Source: Candidatus Heimdallarchaeota archaeon (GTDB taxonomy: Archaea; Asgardarchaeota; Heimdallarchaeia; Heimdallarchaeales; Heimdallarchaeaceae). Taken from it: a stretch of DNA of 41,220 nucleotides. Numbering within the stretch: position 1 is the first letter of the stretch; the number at the start of each line of letters is the position of its first letter. The notes below the pieces were generated by a model, which saw only the letters and a program-made list of their open reading frames with translations, ran no database searches and had not been told where the DNA came from. The stretch spans positions 1 to 41,220 of the forward strand of contig DXJF01000091.1 of assembly GCA_019057375.1 (NCBI GenBank), written 5' to 3'. Below are positions 8,780 through 19,124 of the stretch, piece by piece. Position numbers and translations under genes: made by a program.

Positions 8780-10138
8780 CTATTTTTGTTCTATTTCCTC
8801 AAATAAAGACATATGACCAAGTAGCCATTCAAAATACTTTCTAGAATTATATTCCTTTGGCATTTTCTTATAGTGGCTATAAATTCTATTAGACATCACT
8901 GCTGCTTTTCCCATTTTTAGCATTAGTTTTATTCTTTTAATCCCCTTGAAAAAAGCCAAAAACATTTTTAATAGTCCTATTTTCTTATATTTTCCCTGAA
9001 TCATGAGTTCTAAGTCATTCTTTGTCACAATTCCCTTATTTAAAAGAAAAGAAAATTCTTCTTCACTAAACAGAAGAGCATGTTTCCTCAGCATGTCTAG
9101 TGCTGCATGATTCCTTCCTCTCTCTTCTATGAAATTAACCTGATATTGCCATAAGCTGTTTATTGAAACTTCTTTTCTTCTCAAGGCATCTGCAGCAACC
9201 TCAGCTGCCATTTTTGCGGCTATCATCGCTGGCCCTATTCCACATCCGTTTGTAGGTACAACTTGACAAGCAGCTTCACCAACAGCTAGAAATCCATACC
9301 AAACCATAGTTGTAGGTCTTCTGATTAGTATATCTCCACCCCCACCACGTATTTTTTCATTTTCAACATTACTTTTAGAATTAATAAAATCATTTACAAT
9401 TGCTTTAGGAGATCTATCAGAATATCCTTTTCCAACTCCTGCTCCTACTTCTAGATGATTGTTATCTTCAAAGTTTAACCAGCTGAAACCTTTCTCAAAC
9501 CCATAGCGATAGTATAGAAGATTTTTATCAATTGGTATATTTTTCCAATCTATTTTCCCATCAGTAACTTTGTGTAATTCTCGATATGCTTTAACTTTAT
9601 CTTTTTTCTTCATTTCAACGTTTAAGTCCAAAATTTCTATATTTTTAGCTAAAATCCTATCTTTACCTGAACAGTCAATAACAATACGAGCATTTTCTAC
9701 TTGTTCCTCTTTGGTTTTAACTCCTACTACCCATTGTCCTCTTCCTATAGGTTCAACTATTTCAACACCAAAATTAAATTCTGCACCAGCTTTCTCTGCA
9801 AGTGCTACTAATCTTTCTTGGAATAATTTTCTATCTACAATCCAATAATCATAATGTTTTAGATGAATAGTACTCTGGAAATCAGGAGATAGAATTACTA
9901 AATGGTCTCTGTCATTCTTTCTTTCTTTACCTTTAGGAGGAGGAATATTTGCGTAAGCAAAAGCTTTTTTCTCTATTGAATCACACCAATCATGTCCTAA
10001 GTTATCTAGCTTTTCTTTTTCAAATACTTTAACTTCAAACCTAGAATTAGCTAAATGAAAAGCCAAAACACACCCTGCTATTCCAGCTCCAACAATAATA
10101 ACATCAGTTTGTTTTTGTTTTTGCTTTTTTTTGGACAT
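8780..10138 (-). CDS. Geranylgeranyl reductase-family FAD oxidoreductase
   Basis: IIVGAGIAG dinucleotide-binding motif, VDRKLF, IDCSG, VGEAACQVVPTNGCGI (a GDAA..P..G.GI variant). Confidence 0.8.
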   Translation of the reverse strand: MSKKKQKQKQTDVIIVGAGIAGCVLAFHLANSRFEVKVFEKEKLDNLGHDWCDSIEKKAFAYANIPPPKGKERKNDRDHLVILSPDFQSTIHLKHYDYWIVDRKLFQERLVALAEKAGAEFNFGVEIVEPIGRGQWVVGVKTKEEQVENARIVIDCSGKDRILAKNIEILDLNVEMKKKDKVKAYRELHKVTDGKIDWKNIPIDKNLLYYRYGFEKGFSWLNFEDNNHLEVGAGVGKGYSDRSPKAIVNDFINSKSNVENEKIRGGGGDILIRRPTTMVWYGFLAVGEAACQVVPTNGCGIGPAMIAAKMAAEVAADALRRKEVSINSLWQYQVNFIEERGRNHAALDMLRKHALLFSEEEFSFLLNKGIVTKNDLELMIQGKYKKIGLLKMFLAFFKGIKRIKLMLKMGKAAVMSNRIYSHYKKMPKEYNSRKYFEWLLGHMSLFEEIEQK

Positions 10139-10195
10139 AAGAGTTTGTAAACGTTAGTATTTTTTAGTTTTATCCAAAAATAGAAAATGGAGAGG

Positions 10196-10783
10196 TTAGA
10201 AAAGAAATTCTAACAGAAATGTTAAACCAGCAACCAGTAGAGCTGCTGGAATGATCTTTATAGCATAGAAGATCTTGTTTTCTTTCGAAACTGCTCCAAG
10301 GAAAAGTCCCAGAATAATCACTTCAACAGTAATTACAGAGATTGAGATAATGTAAGCTACTTGCATGGTTAATCCTACCAACACAAAGAAAAATGGAGTA
10401 ATTGCTATCAACGAGAATATAAATGGAGATAAACCATCTACTGCACCAATAACTATTGAAGTCCAGAAGTTTGCTTTCGATATCCGAGTGTTATTAAGAT
10501 CAGCAACCATACTTTTTTCCAATTCTTTTCTCTCTCTAGTTCTTTCTGCTTTTTCAGTTAGATAGGCGATCCAAAAGCCTGATACTCCCATAGCTATACT
10601 TGCACCAATACCAGAAAGGATGAGTTGTTCAGGACTTGCAAAGTTCCTAGCGATTAAAGAACCTAAGATAATTCCAAGTGCAGTAAGGGCACCATCAAAT
10701 CCATTCATAACAAAATATCGGCGCAAAATGTTTTCTCCCTCGGTCATAGACAAGAAGTCTTTGATTTCACGAATGCTTTTCAA
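10196..10783 (-). CDS. VIT1/CCC1-family metal (Fe/Mn) transporter
   Basis: RRYFVMNGFDG, IAMGVSG..AYLTEKAER, GAVDGLSP; about 5 TM helices. Confidence 0.85.
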   Translation of the reverse strand: MKSIREIKDFLSMTEGENILRRYFVMNGFDGALTALGIILGSLIARNFASPEQLILSGIGASIAMGVSGFWIAYLTEKAERTRERKELEKSMVADLNNTRISKANFWTSIVIGAVDGLSPFIFSLIAITPFFFVLVGLTMQVAYIISISVITVEVIILGLFLGAVSKENKIFYAIKIIPAALLVAGLTFLLEFLF

Positions 10784-10976
10784 TTGGCTTTTTCCCTAAA
10801 TAGATTTATTGATATTCCTTTATAAAGCATACTATAAAATTTGTGTTTTATCCCCCTGAAGCTTCCTTCTAGACTTCTTCTTCCGACAAAAACTTCCATC
10901 ACTTTCAATACTTTTAATCTACAGTCCAAAAATATTTTAATAATATCCTAACTTACGTCAATGGAGGAGCTCTTTA

Positions 10977-12299
10977 ATGCAAGTTTTTTTCGACAAAACA
11001 CTAGAAAGAGAATTTGAAAAAGTATATACTAAATTCAAATCAATTGAAATGTCAACAGATGAAGCTTATCGAGAGGATTTAGATTATCTTTCTAAACTTA
11101 TTGCTATCTTTGACCCTCTTCCATCAACATGCAACAAGGATGATTTTAATTCTGCTGCCATAGATGGGTCAGGAGCTGAAAGTATTGTTTCTCTGAACGA
11201 TATTTCCATACATTTATTGACAGCTTCCTTTGCAGCTGATAAAACCAATTTTTCGATGGGAACTACAAGTAGGATAGACCTAACTCCTCCTGTTTGTACA
11301 AATCCAGAAGGGATTACAAGGTTAATATTACTACGAGAAGATAAGAAGGATGAGGTTTGGGAAGATTTTGAAGACTTTATCATATATAATTATGGTGAAA
11401 AACTCATCGATGTTATTTTCAGAGTAATAAAAGATATCGTAGCAACAGCTTACAAAATGAGTAAACCTAATGATCCTTTACCTAAATTAGATACTGAAGC
11501 TGACATCAAAATAGCTGCAATTAAAATTGGACTAAATCTCTCTAAAGAAAATTTTGATAAATATTCATCCTGGATGGTTTCTCCTCGTGCGAATGCTCCA
11601 AGAGGTTGGTTTGAACAATATCGAGAGGTTCTAGAATATTCAATGTCTCACTCTCTTTTACAGTCTAACGTTCATTTCAAGTATCTGTTCATAGATGGTT
11701 CAATGAATATGTTGATGTCTCCCGGTCAGAATCAACCACGTTTAGCTTCAAATTATCTCTTGAGGGATATAAATTTGAAAGCTCTCCAGAAAAAAACTTG
11801 TGTTGTGGCAGTTAGTAAAACAACTACTTTTCCTTTTATCTATAGGTTGGCTCAGGACATAGAAAAAGAACTAGGAGCAGAAAAAAAATGGTTCCTAAAA
11901 ATACCTACTAAAAAAAGAGATGGTCATATATTGAATATTCTCAAGGATCGACCTCATATTCCTCCAGCTTATGGAGTAACCTATCTGTTTCATTTCTCTT
12001 CAGAAATACCTGTTTTGAGAATTGATTTTGATGAGAAATGGTGGTATGATAATATTCATTCAACAGATAAGAAAATAGAAAAGCAAAAAGAGATTGCTCT
12101 CTTTCAGGATATAGATTGGTTAGCAAGAGATGTTAGATATTTTGGTTACTTCTTTGATTTGGCTTTTGCGCACAACTCTACCATAGTTCGTTTTGCTGAT
12201 AGAGATGAAGTAGCTGACAGATTGATTTATTATTTTGCATCAAAGGGTGAGAACCCAAAAATGTTTATACATCCAAGAAGAAGATTAGGATTAATGTGA
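10977..12299 (+). CDS. nurA: NurA-family 5'-3' nuclease
   Basis: AAIDGS and FIDGS acidic motifs, VAVSKT, C-terminal GY..LA.AH. GGAGG ribosome-binding motif. Immediately upstream of herA. Confidence 0.82.
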   Translation: MQVFFDKTLEREFEKVYTKFKSIEMSTDEAYREDLDYLSKLIAIFDPLPSTCNKDDFNSAAIDGSGAESIVSLNDISIHLLTASFAADKTNFSMGTTSRIDLTPPVCTNPEGITRLILLREDKKDEVWEDFEDFIIYNYGEKLIDVIFRVIKDIVATAYKMSKPNDPLPKLDTEADIKIAAIKIGLNLSKENFDKYSSWMVSPRANAPRGWFEQYREVLEYSMSHSLLQSNVHFKYLFIDGSMNMLMSPGQNQPRLASNYLLRDINLKALQKKTCVVAVSKTTTFPFIYRLAQDIEKELGAEKKWFLKIPTKKRDGHILNILKDRPHIPPAYGVTYLFHFSSEIPVLRIDFDEKWWYDNIHSTDKKIEKQKEIALFQDIDWLARDVRYFGYFFDLAFAHNSTIVRFADRDEVADRLIYYFASKGENPKMFIHPRRRLGLM

Positions 12300-12317
12300 T
12301 AAAAGAAGGTGATATGA

Positions 12318-14129
12318 GTGGAATTAGATTTACCAGAGAGAATTGGAATTCTTGCAGAAGGAGATATTTCAACACTTAAAGTAGTATGTGCTGATATTAG
12401 ATTTCAGATTGGAGAAATATTGATTATTAAACCGGTTGAAGGGTATCAAGTATTTTTGTTTAGGGTGATGAACTATGAGAATATAATACGCAAAGGCCCA
12501 GATATGACAGATATTGCAGGAAATTTCTTGAACAATAGAGATGCGTATATTGCTCGAATTGAATCTGACAAGTTCGTCAAAGTTCAAGGATTATTGATGG
12601 GTTATAGTGAATACAATGTTGATCAAAAGAAATGGGAATTTAAGAAACCCAGGATTCTACCTCCTCATTTCTCTGATGTTTATAGAGGAGCTGAGTGCTC
12701 AGAAGCCTTATCATTGTTATTACAAGATGAGATAGGAGAAGATATTGAAATTGGACGATTATTAATTGGAACATCTTCAATGGATATACCAATCAAAATA
12801 GATCTAGATTCTCTTCCAATGCATGTGCAAGTTGCAGGAACAACAGGTGCTGGTAAATCCTTCTTTATGTTGACTTTTATCACCTCTGCTCTGAAGAGCA
12901 ACTTAACAAGATGGGCTAAAAATGAAGATATAAGAAACAAAGTTTCAGTTTTTATGGTAGATGTTCATGATGAATATATGCGAGGATTACCTTTTCAGAA
13001 TAAACAGAATGGTATTATGGATATAGCTAATGCTACTCTGAAAGGGGGAAGTGATCAATTTGATGCAGTATTTGCTGATAAATTTTACCTAACTAGGGAG
13101 CTTGAAGCTATACCAACAGAAATGCAAAAAATCGCTAAACCAATTAGATTCAGGCGTGAGGATCTCTTTGTAAGTGATATCACTTCTGTTATGTTCGTAT
13201 CTGATCAAATGGTTGGATTTATGAACAGAGCTAGAGGTAGTGAAGAAGACTGGGTCACAAAAATAGAGAAAATGGATGAAGCTGAAGATTTGGGTTTTGC
13301 TAAAGGAACAAAAAACGCAGTACAACGAAGATTATATCCAATTATTAAATCCCCCATTTTCACAGAAGATGAATTTAGTGATTTAGCTGAAATAATATAT
13401 AATTTAGAGCAGGGACACTTCTATAATTTTAGTACTGCTTTACTCTCTTCAAGTGAGCAGTTTGTTGTAATTACTATGATTGCAAGAACACTCTTCTCTG
13501 TTCGCCAATCTTTAATGTCCTCAACTAAATGGAGTCAATTCAAAGAACAAGTTTATTCAAAATTACCTAAGAAAATTGCTAGTGAGCTTTTAGGTGATTC
13601 ACCCAACTCAAAATATTCAATAAAAGATCTTTACGTAGAAGGAAAGAAAGGCAATGATTTTGTGATGAAAAATATCAAGGATTTGCCAATAGTTATGATA
13701 ACAGTTGAGGAAGCTCCAAGTATTCTAGGCTCTCAAATGTCAAAAGAAGGAAATATTTTCATTGATATTTCTAGACAAGGTAGGAAGTTCAGAATTGGTT
13801 TGTTATTGATAACACAGAATATTTCTTCAATGGAACCCATAATACTGGCTAACACAAATACTGAATTGAATATGATGCTCGGAAATGAAATCGAAATCAA
13901 GCAAGCAATAGTAAATGCGAGTAATAATATAGCTGGGTATGAAAACGAATTCAAGGTTTTAAGCAGAGGAGAAGCGATTCTAACTAATTCTCTGAAAAAT
14001 ATTCCCCTGCCAGTAAAAGTAAGCAATGTACCATTGTATATTGAAAAAGAACTCCCCTTCTTTACAAGTCCATTTGAGATACTTAAAATTAAGAAAACTA
14101 GAACAAAAGCTACAGAAGTTCCACTTTAA
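12318..14129 (+). CDS. herA: HerA bipolar helicase/translocase (FtsK-HerA ATPase)
   Basis: N-terminal HAS-barrel-like region, H-x5-GTTGAGKS Walker A, VDVHDEY, VEEAP Walker B, RQGRKFRIGLLLITQ. GGTGA ribosome-binding motif before the GTG start. Confidence 0.92.
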   Translation: MELDLPERIGILAEGDISTLKVVCADIRFQIGEILIIKPVEGYQVFLFRVMNYENIIRKGPDMTDIAGNFLNNRDAYIARIESDKFVKVQGLLMGYSEYNVDQKKWEFKKPRILPPHFSDVYRGAECSEALSLLLQDEIGEDIEIGRLLIGTSSMDIPIKIDLDSLPMHVQVAGTTGAGKSFFMLTFITSALKSNLTRWAKNEDIRNKVSVFMVDVHDEYMRGLPFQNKQNGIMDIANATLKGGSDQFDAVFADKFYLTRELEAIPTEMQKIAKPIRFRREDLFVSDITSVMFVSDQMVGFMNRARGSEEDWVTKIEKMDEAEDLGFAKGTKNAVQRRLYPIIKSPIFTEDEFSDLAEIIYNLEQGHFYNFSTALLSSSEQFVVITMIARTLFSVRQSLMSSTKWSQFKEQVYSKLPKKIASELLGDSPNSKYSIKDLYVEGKKGNDFVMKNIKDLPIVMITVEEAPSILGSQMSKEGNIFIDISRQGRKFRIGLLLITQNISSMEPIILANTNTELNMMLGNEIEIKQAIVNASNNIAGYENEFKVLSRGEAILTNSLKNIPLPVKVSNVPLYIEKELPFFTSPFEILKIKKTRTKATEVPL

Positions 14130-14140
14130 AAGGTGAAAAT

Positions 14141-15421
14141 ATGGTAAAGATTCTACATATATCAGATACACATATCTCTCATCGTAAATTTAGAAACGTT
14201 AAAGATTCATGGAAAATACATAATAGAGTTACTTGGATAGAAGAAGATTATTGCTTAGGGCTTAAACAAGCTTTAGATATAGCAGCTGAAGTGAAATGCG
14301 ATTATCTAGTTCATTCAGGTGATTTCTTTGATATTCCAGTAGGAAGAAATTTTTCTGGACCTTCGGAATATTCTAGAACATTCACAATAACAGCTTTGAA
14401 AAAATTTTTCGAGATAACTGAATTTAAAATCCCTCTTATAATTATAGATGGAAACCATGGTACTTATCTAACTAGGAATTATTCAACAATTGAGTTCCTC
14501 CAAGCAGCTTTTCCGAAGAACATCCATATCTTCACTAACTATCAATTGAAAGATGCAATAAGGAAAAATACACCTCTAACTCTAGAATTTGATGATGTAA
14601 AATTCTTTTTGTTTCCATATCTCAAATTTGGAAGATTAGAAAACTGGGCACAAGAATATGAGAAATGGTTACAAAACAATCAACAACCAGATCCTGAGAA
14701 AATATCTATAGCTGTAGCACATGGAATGGAAAGAGGTATGGATTTACATGAACTTATCTTGAATTACAAGTATGATTATGTAGCTCTAGGTCACGATCAT
14801 CAACAAAGAAAAATCAAGAAAAATGCTTGGCAATGTGGAAGTAGTGCAAGGTATACTTTTGCTGAAAGAAACCAAGTAAAGGGAGTATTGGAAGTAGATG
14901 TTGAAAAAGGAAAGGAATCAATAGTAAAAACAGTCAAAATTGAGTCAGTACGCTCTATGAAACAAATTGACTATACTCTTAATGCAGATTTAACAACAGT
15001 AGGGTTTGAAAAAGAAATAAGAAATAAAATAGCAGAGTTTAAGAATAAATTTGATGGGGATACAGCTGTTAGGTTTAAGATAAAATTTGATGGAGCAGTA
15101 CTTTTATCTAACTGGTGGGGAATGGAGGATATCCTGAATGAGATTCAGAAAGAAGTATTTACTGATAAATACAACATACTTGAATTTAGATGGGATGCTG
15201 GTGAGGTAATCAAAAGAGCTCCCGTTAGTCTTCAGAAAGGAGCTAAACTATATGATTACTTAATTGAAGATCCCGTTGTTGATTTTGAGAGATATATTCG
15301 TTCTTTAAGCTTAGAGAACGAAAAACAAGCAAAACAGTTTATTGAAATTGGTGCTAAAGTCATTGAAGAAGTATTCACATCAACGATGTCTAGTACAATT
15401 GATGAGGAAGAGGTGGAATAA
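14141..15421 (+). CDS. mre11: Mre11/SbcD nuclease
   Basis: Phosphoesterase motifs HISDTH, GDFFD, GNH, AHG, LGHDH. Confidence 0.9.
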   Translation: MVKILHISDTHISHRKFRNVKDSWKIHNRVTWIEEDYCLGLKQALDIAAEVKCDYLVHSGDFFDIPVGRNFSGPSEYSRTFTITALKKFFEITEFKIPLIIIDGNHGTYLTRNYSTIEFLQAAFPKNIHIFTNYQLKDAIRKNTPLTLEFDDVKFFLFPYLKFGRLENWAQEYEKWLQNNQQPDPEKISIAVAHGMERGMDLHELILNYKYDYVALGHDHQQRKIKKNAWQCGSSARYTFAERNQVKGVLEVDVEKGKESIVKTVKIESVRSMKQIDYTLNADLTTVGFEKEIRNKIAEFKNKFDGDTAVRFKIKFDGAVLLSNWWGMEDILNEIQKEVFTDKYNILEFRWDAGEVIKRAPVSLQKGAKLYDYLIEDPVVDFERYIRSLSLENEKQAKQFIEIGAKVIEEVFTSTMSSTIDEEEVE

Positions 15422-17554
15422 ATGAGAATTTTGTGGATTAGGGCTGAAAATTTTAAGTGCTACAATGATATTCGCGTTCCTGCACAAGGGATTCTGCCTG
15501 AAGGGCTTCTCTTTGTTGAAGGTGAAAATTCCACTGGTAAATCTAGCTTGTTCGATGCAATATTCTATGCTTTCTTCTATGACCCAACTACTACAAAAGA
15601 ACTTGGGACAAAGGATGATTTAATTAGAAGAGGATATTCAGAAACAGATGTTGAAGTAGCATTTGAATTGGATGACAAATGTTACATTGTTCGTCGTACC
15701 CATGGTAAAAAAACAGCAGTTCAAGCTTTTCTTATGAGGATTGATTCAAAAGATGCTATGGCTGGAAATGCCTCTGGTAAACAAACACTTTGCACTGGAG
15801 TACCAGATGTAGAGGAGAAACTCACAGATCTTCTTAATATTAACAAAGAAAAGGCTTTGAACACCATCATAGTAAGACAAGGATCCGTTCAAGCTTTAGC
15901 AGAAGCTAAAGGAGCTGAATTAAGAAATGTTATCTATGAACTCTTCCAATTGGATTATTATAGAGATAAAGCACTGAGTCTTATAAAAGATAAGAAGAAT
16001 AATTTTGAAAATCAGAAGCTTAAACATATCATTCAGAGAACAACAGAGAATATTCTGCAGGAAATTGATGAGAAAAAGGAAAATATTGAAAAAGCTAAAG
16101 AAGATATCCTTGGTTTTGATGAAAAAATAGAAAAATTACAGATTGATGCTAGTCAATTTCCAGAAATAAAGGAAATCCAAAAAATTAATGTGCTAACTGA
16201 TAGAACAAAACAATTAGATTCAATTATAAATAAGAAACAGCAGAATATATCTGAAACTGGAGAAAAATTTTCACTAAAGATTCCAATTGAACTTAAAACT
16301 ATAAAATCAAAAAGCAATGAATTTGAGAAACAAATTAAGGAAAATGAGAATAAACAGAATGAAATACAAAAAGAAGTAGAAAAACTTGAAGAGGACAGGA
16401 GAGTCATTGATATAGATCTTGGAAACTTCAATAAGAGGAAGAAAAGCTTGGAAAATATTGCTGAAAAAGGTGGGCAACTAAAGTGTGATGTTTGCGAGCA
16501 AGAAATCCAAGAAGAAAAATTCAATGAACTATTGGAAAGATCAAAGCGTTCTATCCCTGCTCTTATTAAAGGAATTACAAAGAAGGAAGATTTGATTAAA
16601 GCAAAAAAGACTAAAATAAAGGTTATTGATCAATCAATATTCAAAATAAGACAAAATTCTGTAAAATTAGAAGAATTAGTTGAGGACTTAGGTGAATTGA
16701 AAGGGTTTACTTCTGATAAAGAAAAATTATCTTCAGAAATAACTGAATCTCTTAAGAGTTATGTTGTGAAAAGTTTAGAAGAAATGGCTAAAAAATATGG
16801 ATTAAACAATTTTGAAGAGCTTTTTGATCATGTAAAAACAATAGATGATGATATTAATAGAAGTACAGTTCAAAAGAAGCACATTAAGGAATCCATCGAT
16901 AAAGATCATTCTACAATTGAAAAGCTTAGTACCCAAATAAAGGAAAATAAAGAAAAAGAAGAAAAAACTGCTCAAATTGACTTAGAAATTGCATTGTTAA
17001 GTGAAGTTCAAACTTATGTTGAGAAATTTATTGTGGAAGATTTGATTTCTAATAGAATGCTAGCAAATATACAGCATTCAACTAGAGGATACATCTATCT
17101 ATTCACACGCGGGAGATATTCTGAATTATACTTGGAACCAACAAAAACAAAGACACTGAATATGAGTATAAAAGATGAAGAATTGGGGTTCGTTAAGAGT
17201 CAAACTCTACTGTCAGGTGGAGATAAAGCAGCTATTGGTTTAGGGTTAAGAATTGGAATTAGCGAGCTTTTAAAGAGAATCAGACCTCTCAAAACCTCAC
17301 CTTATCAACCTCCAAAGATGGATATTCTTGTTCTAGATGAACCTTTGGGATCTTTAGACGATGCAAGAAGAGCCAAAGTAATAGAAGGGCTCGTAGCAGA
17401 AGAGAAGTTTACTCAAATATTTCTCATTACTCATACAAACATTAGGAAAAGATTCAAAGCTCCTATGATAACAATTCAATCTCACCCCTCAGGTAGTTTA
17501 GCTTCATTCTACACAGCTCCAACTGAGATTGAAGAAGAAGCAGAAGAAATGTAA
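15422..17554 (+). CDS. rad50: Rad50/SbcC SMC-family ATPase
   Basis: GENSTGKSS Walker A, Q-loop (VRQG), central CDVC zinc hook (C355-C358), LSGGD signature, LDEP..SLD, ITH. Start abuts the mre11 stop. Confidence 0.92.
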   Translation: MRILWIRAENFKCYNDIRVPAQGILPEGLLFVEGENSTGKSSLFDAIFYAFFYDPTTTKELGTKDDLIRRGYSETDVEVAFELDDKCYIVRRTHGKKTAVQAFLMRIDSKDAMAGNASGKQTLCTGVPDVEEKLTDLLNINKEKALNTIIVRQGSVQALAEAKGAELRNVIYELFQLDYYRDKALSLIKDKKNNFENQKLKHIIQRTTENILQEIDEKKENIEKAKEDILGFDEKIEKLQIDASQFPEIKEIQKINVLTDRTKQLDSIINKKQQNISETGEKFSLKIPIELKTIKSKSNEFEKQIKENENKQNEIQKEVEKLEEDRRVIDIDLGNFNKRKKSLENIAEKGGQLKCDVCEQEIQEEKFNELLERSKRSIPALIKGITKKEDLIKAKKTKIKVIDQSIFKIRQNSVKLEELVEDLGELKGFTSDKEKLSSEITESLKSYVVKSLEEMAKKYGLNNFEELFDHVKTIDDDINRSTVQKKHIKESIDKDHSTIEKLSTQIKENKEKEEKTAQIDLEIALLSEVQTYVEKFIVEDLISNRMLANIQHSTRGYIYLFTRGRYSELYLEPTKTKTLNMSIKDEELGFVKSQTLLSGGDKAAIGLGLRIGISELLKRIRPLKTSPYQPPKMDILVLDEPLGSLDDARRAKVIEGLVAEEKFTQIFLITHTNIRKRFKAPMITIQSHPSGSLASFYTAPTEIEEEAEEM

Positions 17555-17622
17555 GAATAAGACCGTGCAATTTAACAGAAGCTTTCACAAGATTTTTCAA
17601 TAATGTCCATAACATTAGTTTA

Positions 17623-19107
17623 ATGATACCAGGTACTCTTCGACCTTTACCTAAAAAAGTAAAGGAAGTAAAAACAGCTGTTGATTTACTTCTTAGAACT
17701 GTTGATTTTGATATTGAGAATTCTAAAGATATCTTTAAGGACAGTTCGCTCTATACTTTTGAAGAAATTAATTCACATTATATGAGAATTATTGACCAAT
17801 ATACTCAGATTATACCGCTCACAAAAGATGCAGACAAGCTTGTTGACAAGTACGTCAATGATTATCTTCTGAATGAATTAGTTTATGATCAATTTACTAA
17901 GTTGGAAATGAGAGAAAATAGATTAAAAAATGATGTTCAGAGACTTGATACCGTATTGATGTCAAAAAGGAAAAAATATATCGAGGAAATGATCCCACGA
18001 TTTAAGGATGAAATATCCAGTAAACTCTCCTTCATGAAAGATTTGTCTTTTGATGAAATTCTAGAAAAAGGTCAACTATATGGAGAAACCATAGGGGCGA
18101 TAGTCAATAAAATTAGCGGAATCAGAGATGAATACAACAAGTTATCCTCTGGTTCTTTTGATGTTTCAGAGTTTTATTCATATTTAGATGAAAGGTTAAC
18201 TGAAGTAGAAGAACAAGTAACAGCCTATGATTTGATTTTACGAACTTGTAAGATGCAGATGCTTTCAGAAGAAGCTGAGATGTATATTGAAGATGGAAAT
18301 GTAATAAACAATGAGTTTGAAGTGGAAGCTTCTAGTGAATTAGTCCTTAAGGGCGATGAATATGTCACCAAAGCAAAAGAAAAACTTGAGAAAATGATTC
18401 TTCTTAAAGTAAATCTCCCCAAAAGAGGTATATCTAAAGAATTTTCTACTAATTTTAAAAATCTCTCAGTCACTTTTGAGGAACATAAGAATAGTCTAGG
18501 ACTTATTATTGAGAGTCTTCAAACAAAAACAACTCGACTTTCTTCACAAATAGAAAGAATAAATGCACTCAAAACGATAGCTGAATCTGATGGAGAGGAG
18601 ATTTACGAGATTATAGAGATGCTCAAAATCAAACGTAAAGGTGCTTTTAAAACTAAAGTAGAGGAAGGCTTTCCTGTTTTTGAGCTTAGTCCTTTAGGGA
18701 AACTTAAGATGCCTTTAGGCGTTGAATTTACAACCCCAATGATAGAAGAAATTCTAACAGTTTTGGATGAAATCGAAGGAACAACTTACAAAGACGATAT
18801 GATGCTAAGATGGAAGACAATGAAAATTGGGGAAATTACAGAAAACATTGGTAGGAAGTTGGCTCCAGCTTACAATAAGACCAAAGATTTAACAATAAAA
18901 TCTGGTAAGAAAATAGGTGAATATAGCAAGAAAGCCTATGTTGGTACTAAGAATCTTTTCACATCAGACAAAGAAGGAAGAGAAGCTAAAGAACCCAGAA
19001 TAAAGAAGGAAAAGAAACCCAAAAAGGAAAAAGTGAGAGAGGAAAAAATAGAAGAGACAATCTCAGATGAAGAAATCAAAATACCTTCTCCGCCAACAGA
19101 AGACTGA
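17623..19107 (+). CDS. Hypothetical alpha-helical/coiled-coil protein with Lys/Glu-rich tail
   Basis: 494-aa ORF with heptad-like charged/hydrophobic pattern and no catalytic motif. Starts 68 bp after rad50. Confidence 0.7.
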   Translation: MIPGTLRPLPKKVKEVKTAVDLLLRTVDFDIENSKDIFKDSSLYTFEEINSHYMRIIDQYTQIIPLTKDADKLVDKYVNDYLLNELVYDQFTKLEMRENRLKNDVQRLDTVLMSKRKKYIEEMIPRFKDEISSKLSFMKDLSFDEILEKGQLYGETIGAIVNKISGIRDEYNKLSSGSFDVSEFYSYLDERLTEVEEQVTAYDLILRTCKMQMLSEEAEMYIEDGNVINNEFEVEASSELVLKGDEYVTKAKEKLEKMILLKVNLPKRGISKEFSTNFKNLSVTFEEHKNSLGLIIESLQTKTTRLSSQIERINALKTIAESDGEEIYEIIEMLKIKRKGAFKTKVEEGFPVFELSPLGKLKMPLGVEFTTPMIEEILTVLDEIEGTTYKDDMMLRWKTMKIGEITENIGRKLAPAYNKTKDLTIKSGKKIGEYSKKAYVGTKNLFTSDKEGREAKEPRIKKEKKPKKEKVREEKIEETISDEEIKIPSPPTED

Positions 19108-19124
19108 TCTAAGGTGCAAAAAGT

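Noticed and set aside
10977-14129. HerA-based anti-phage defence system
   Set aside because: HerA is paired with NurA and coupled to Mre11/Rad50, the established repair context. No Sir2, DUF4297 or other defence effector is nearby.
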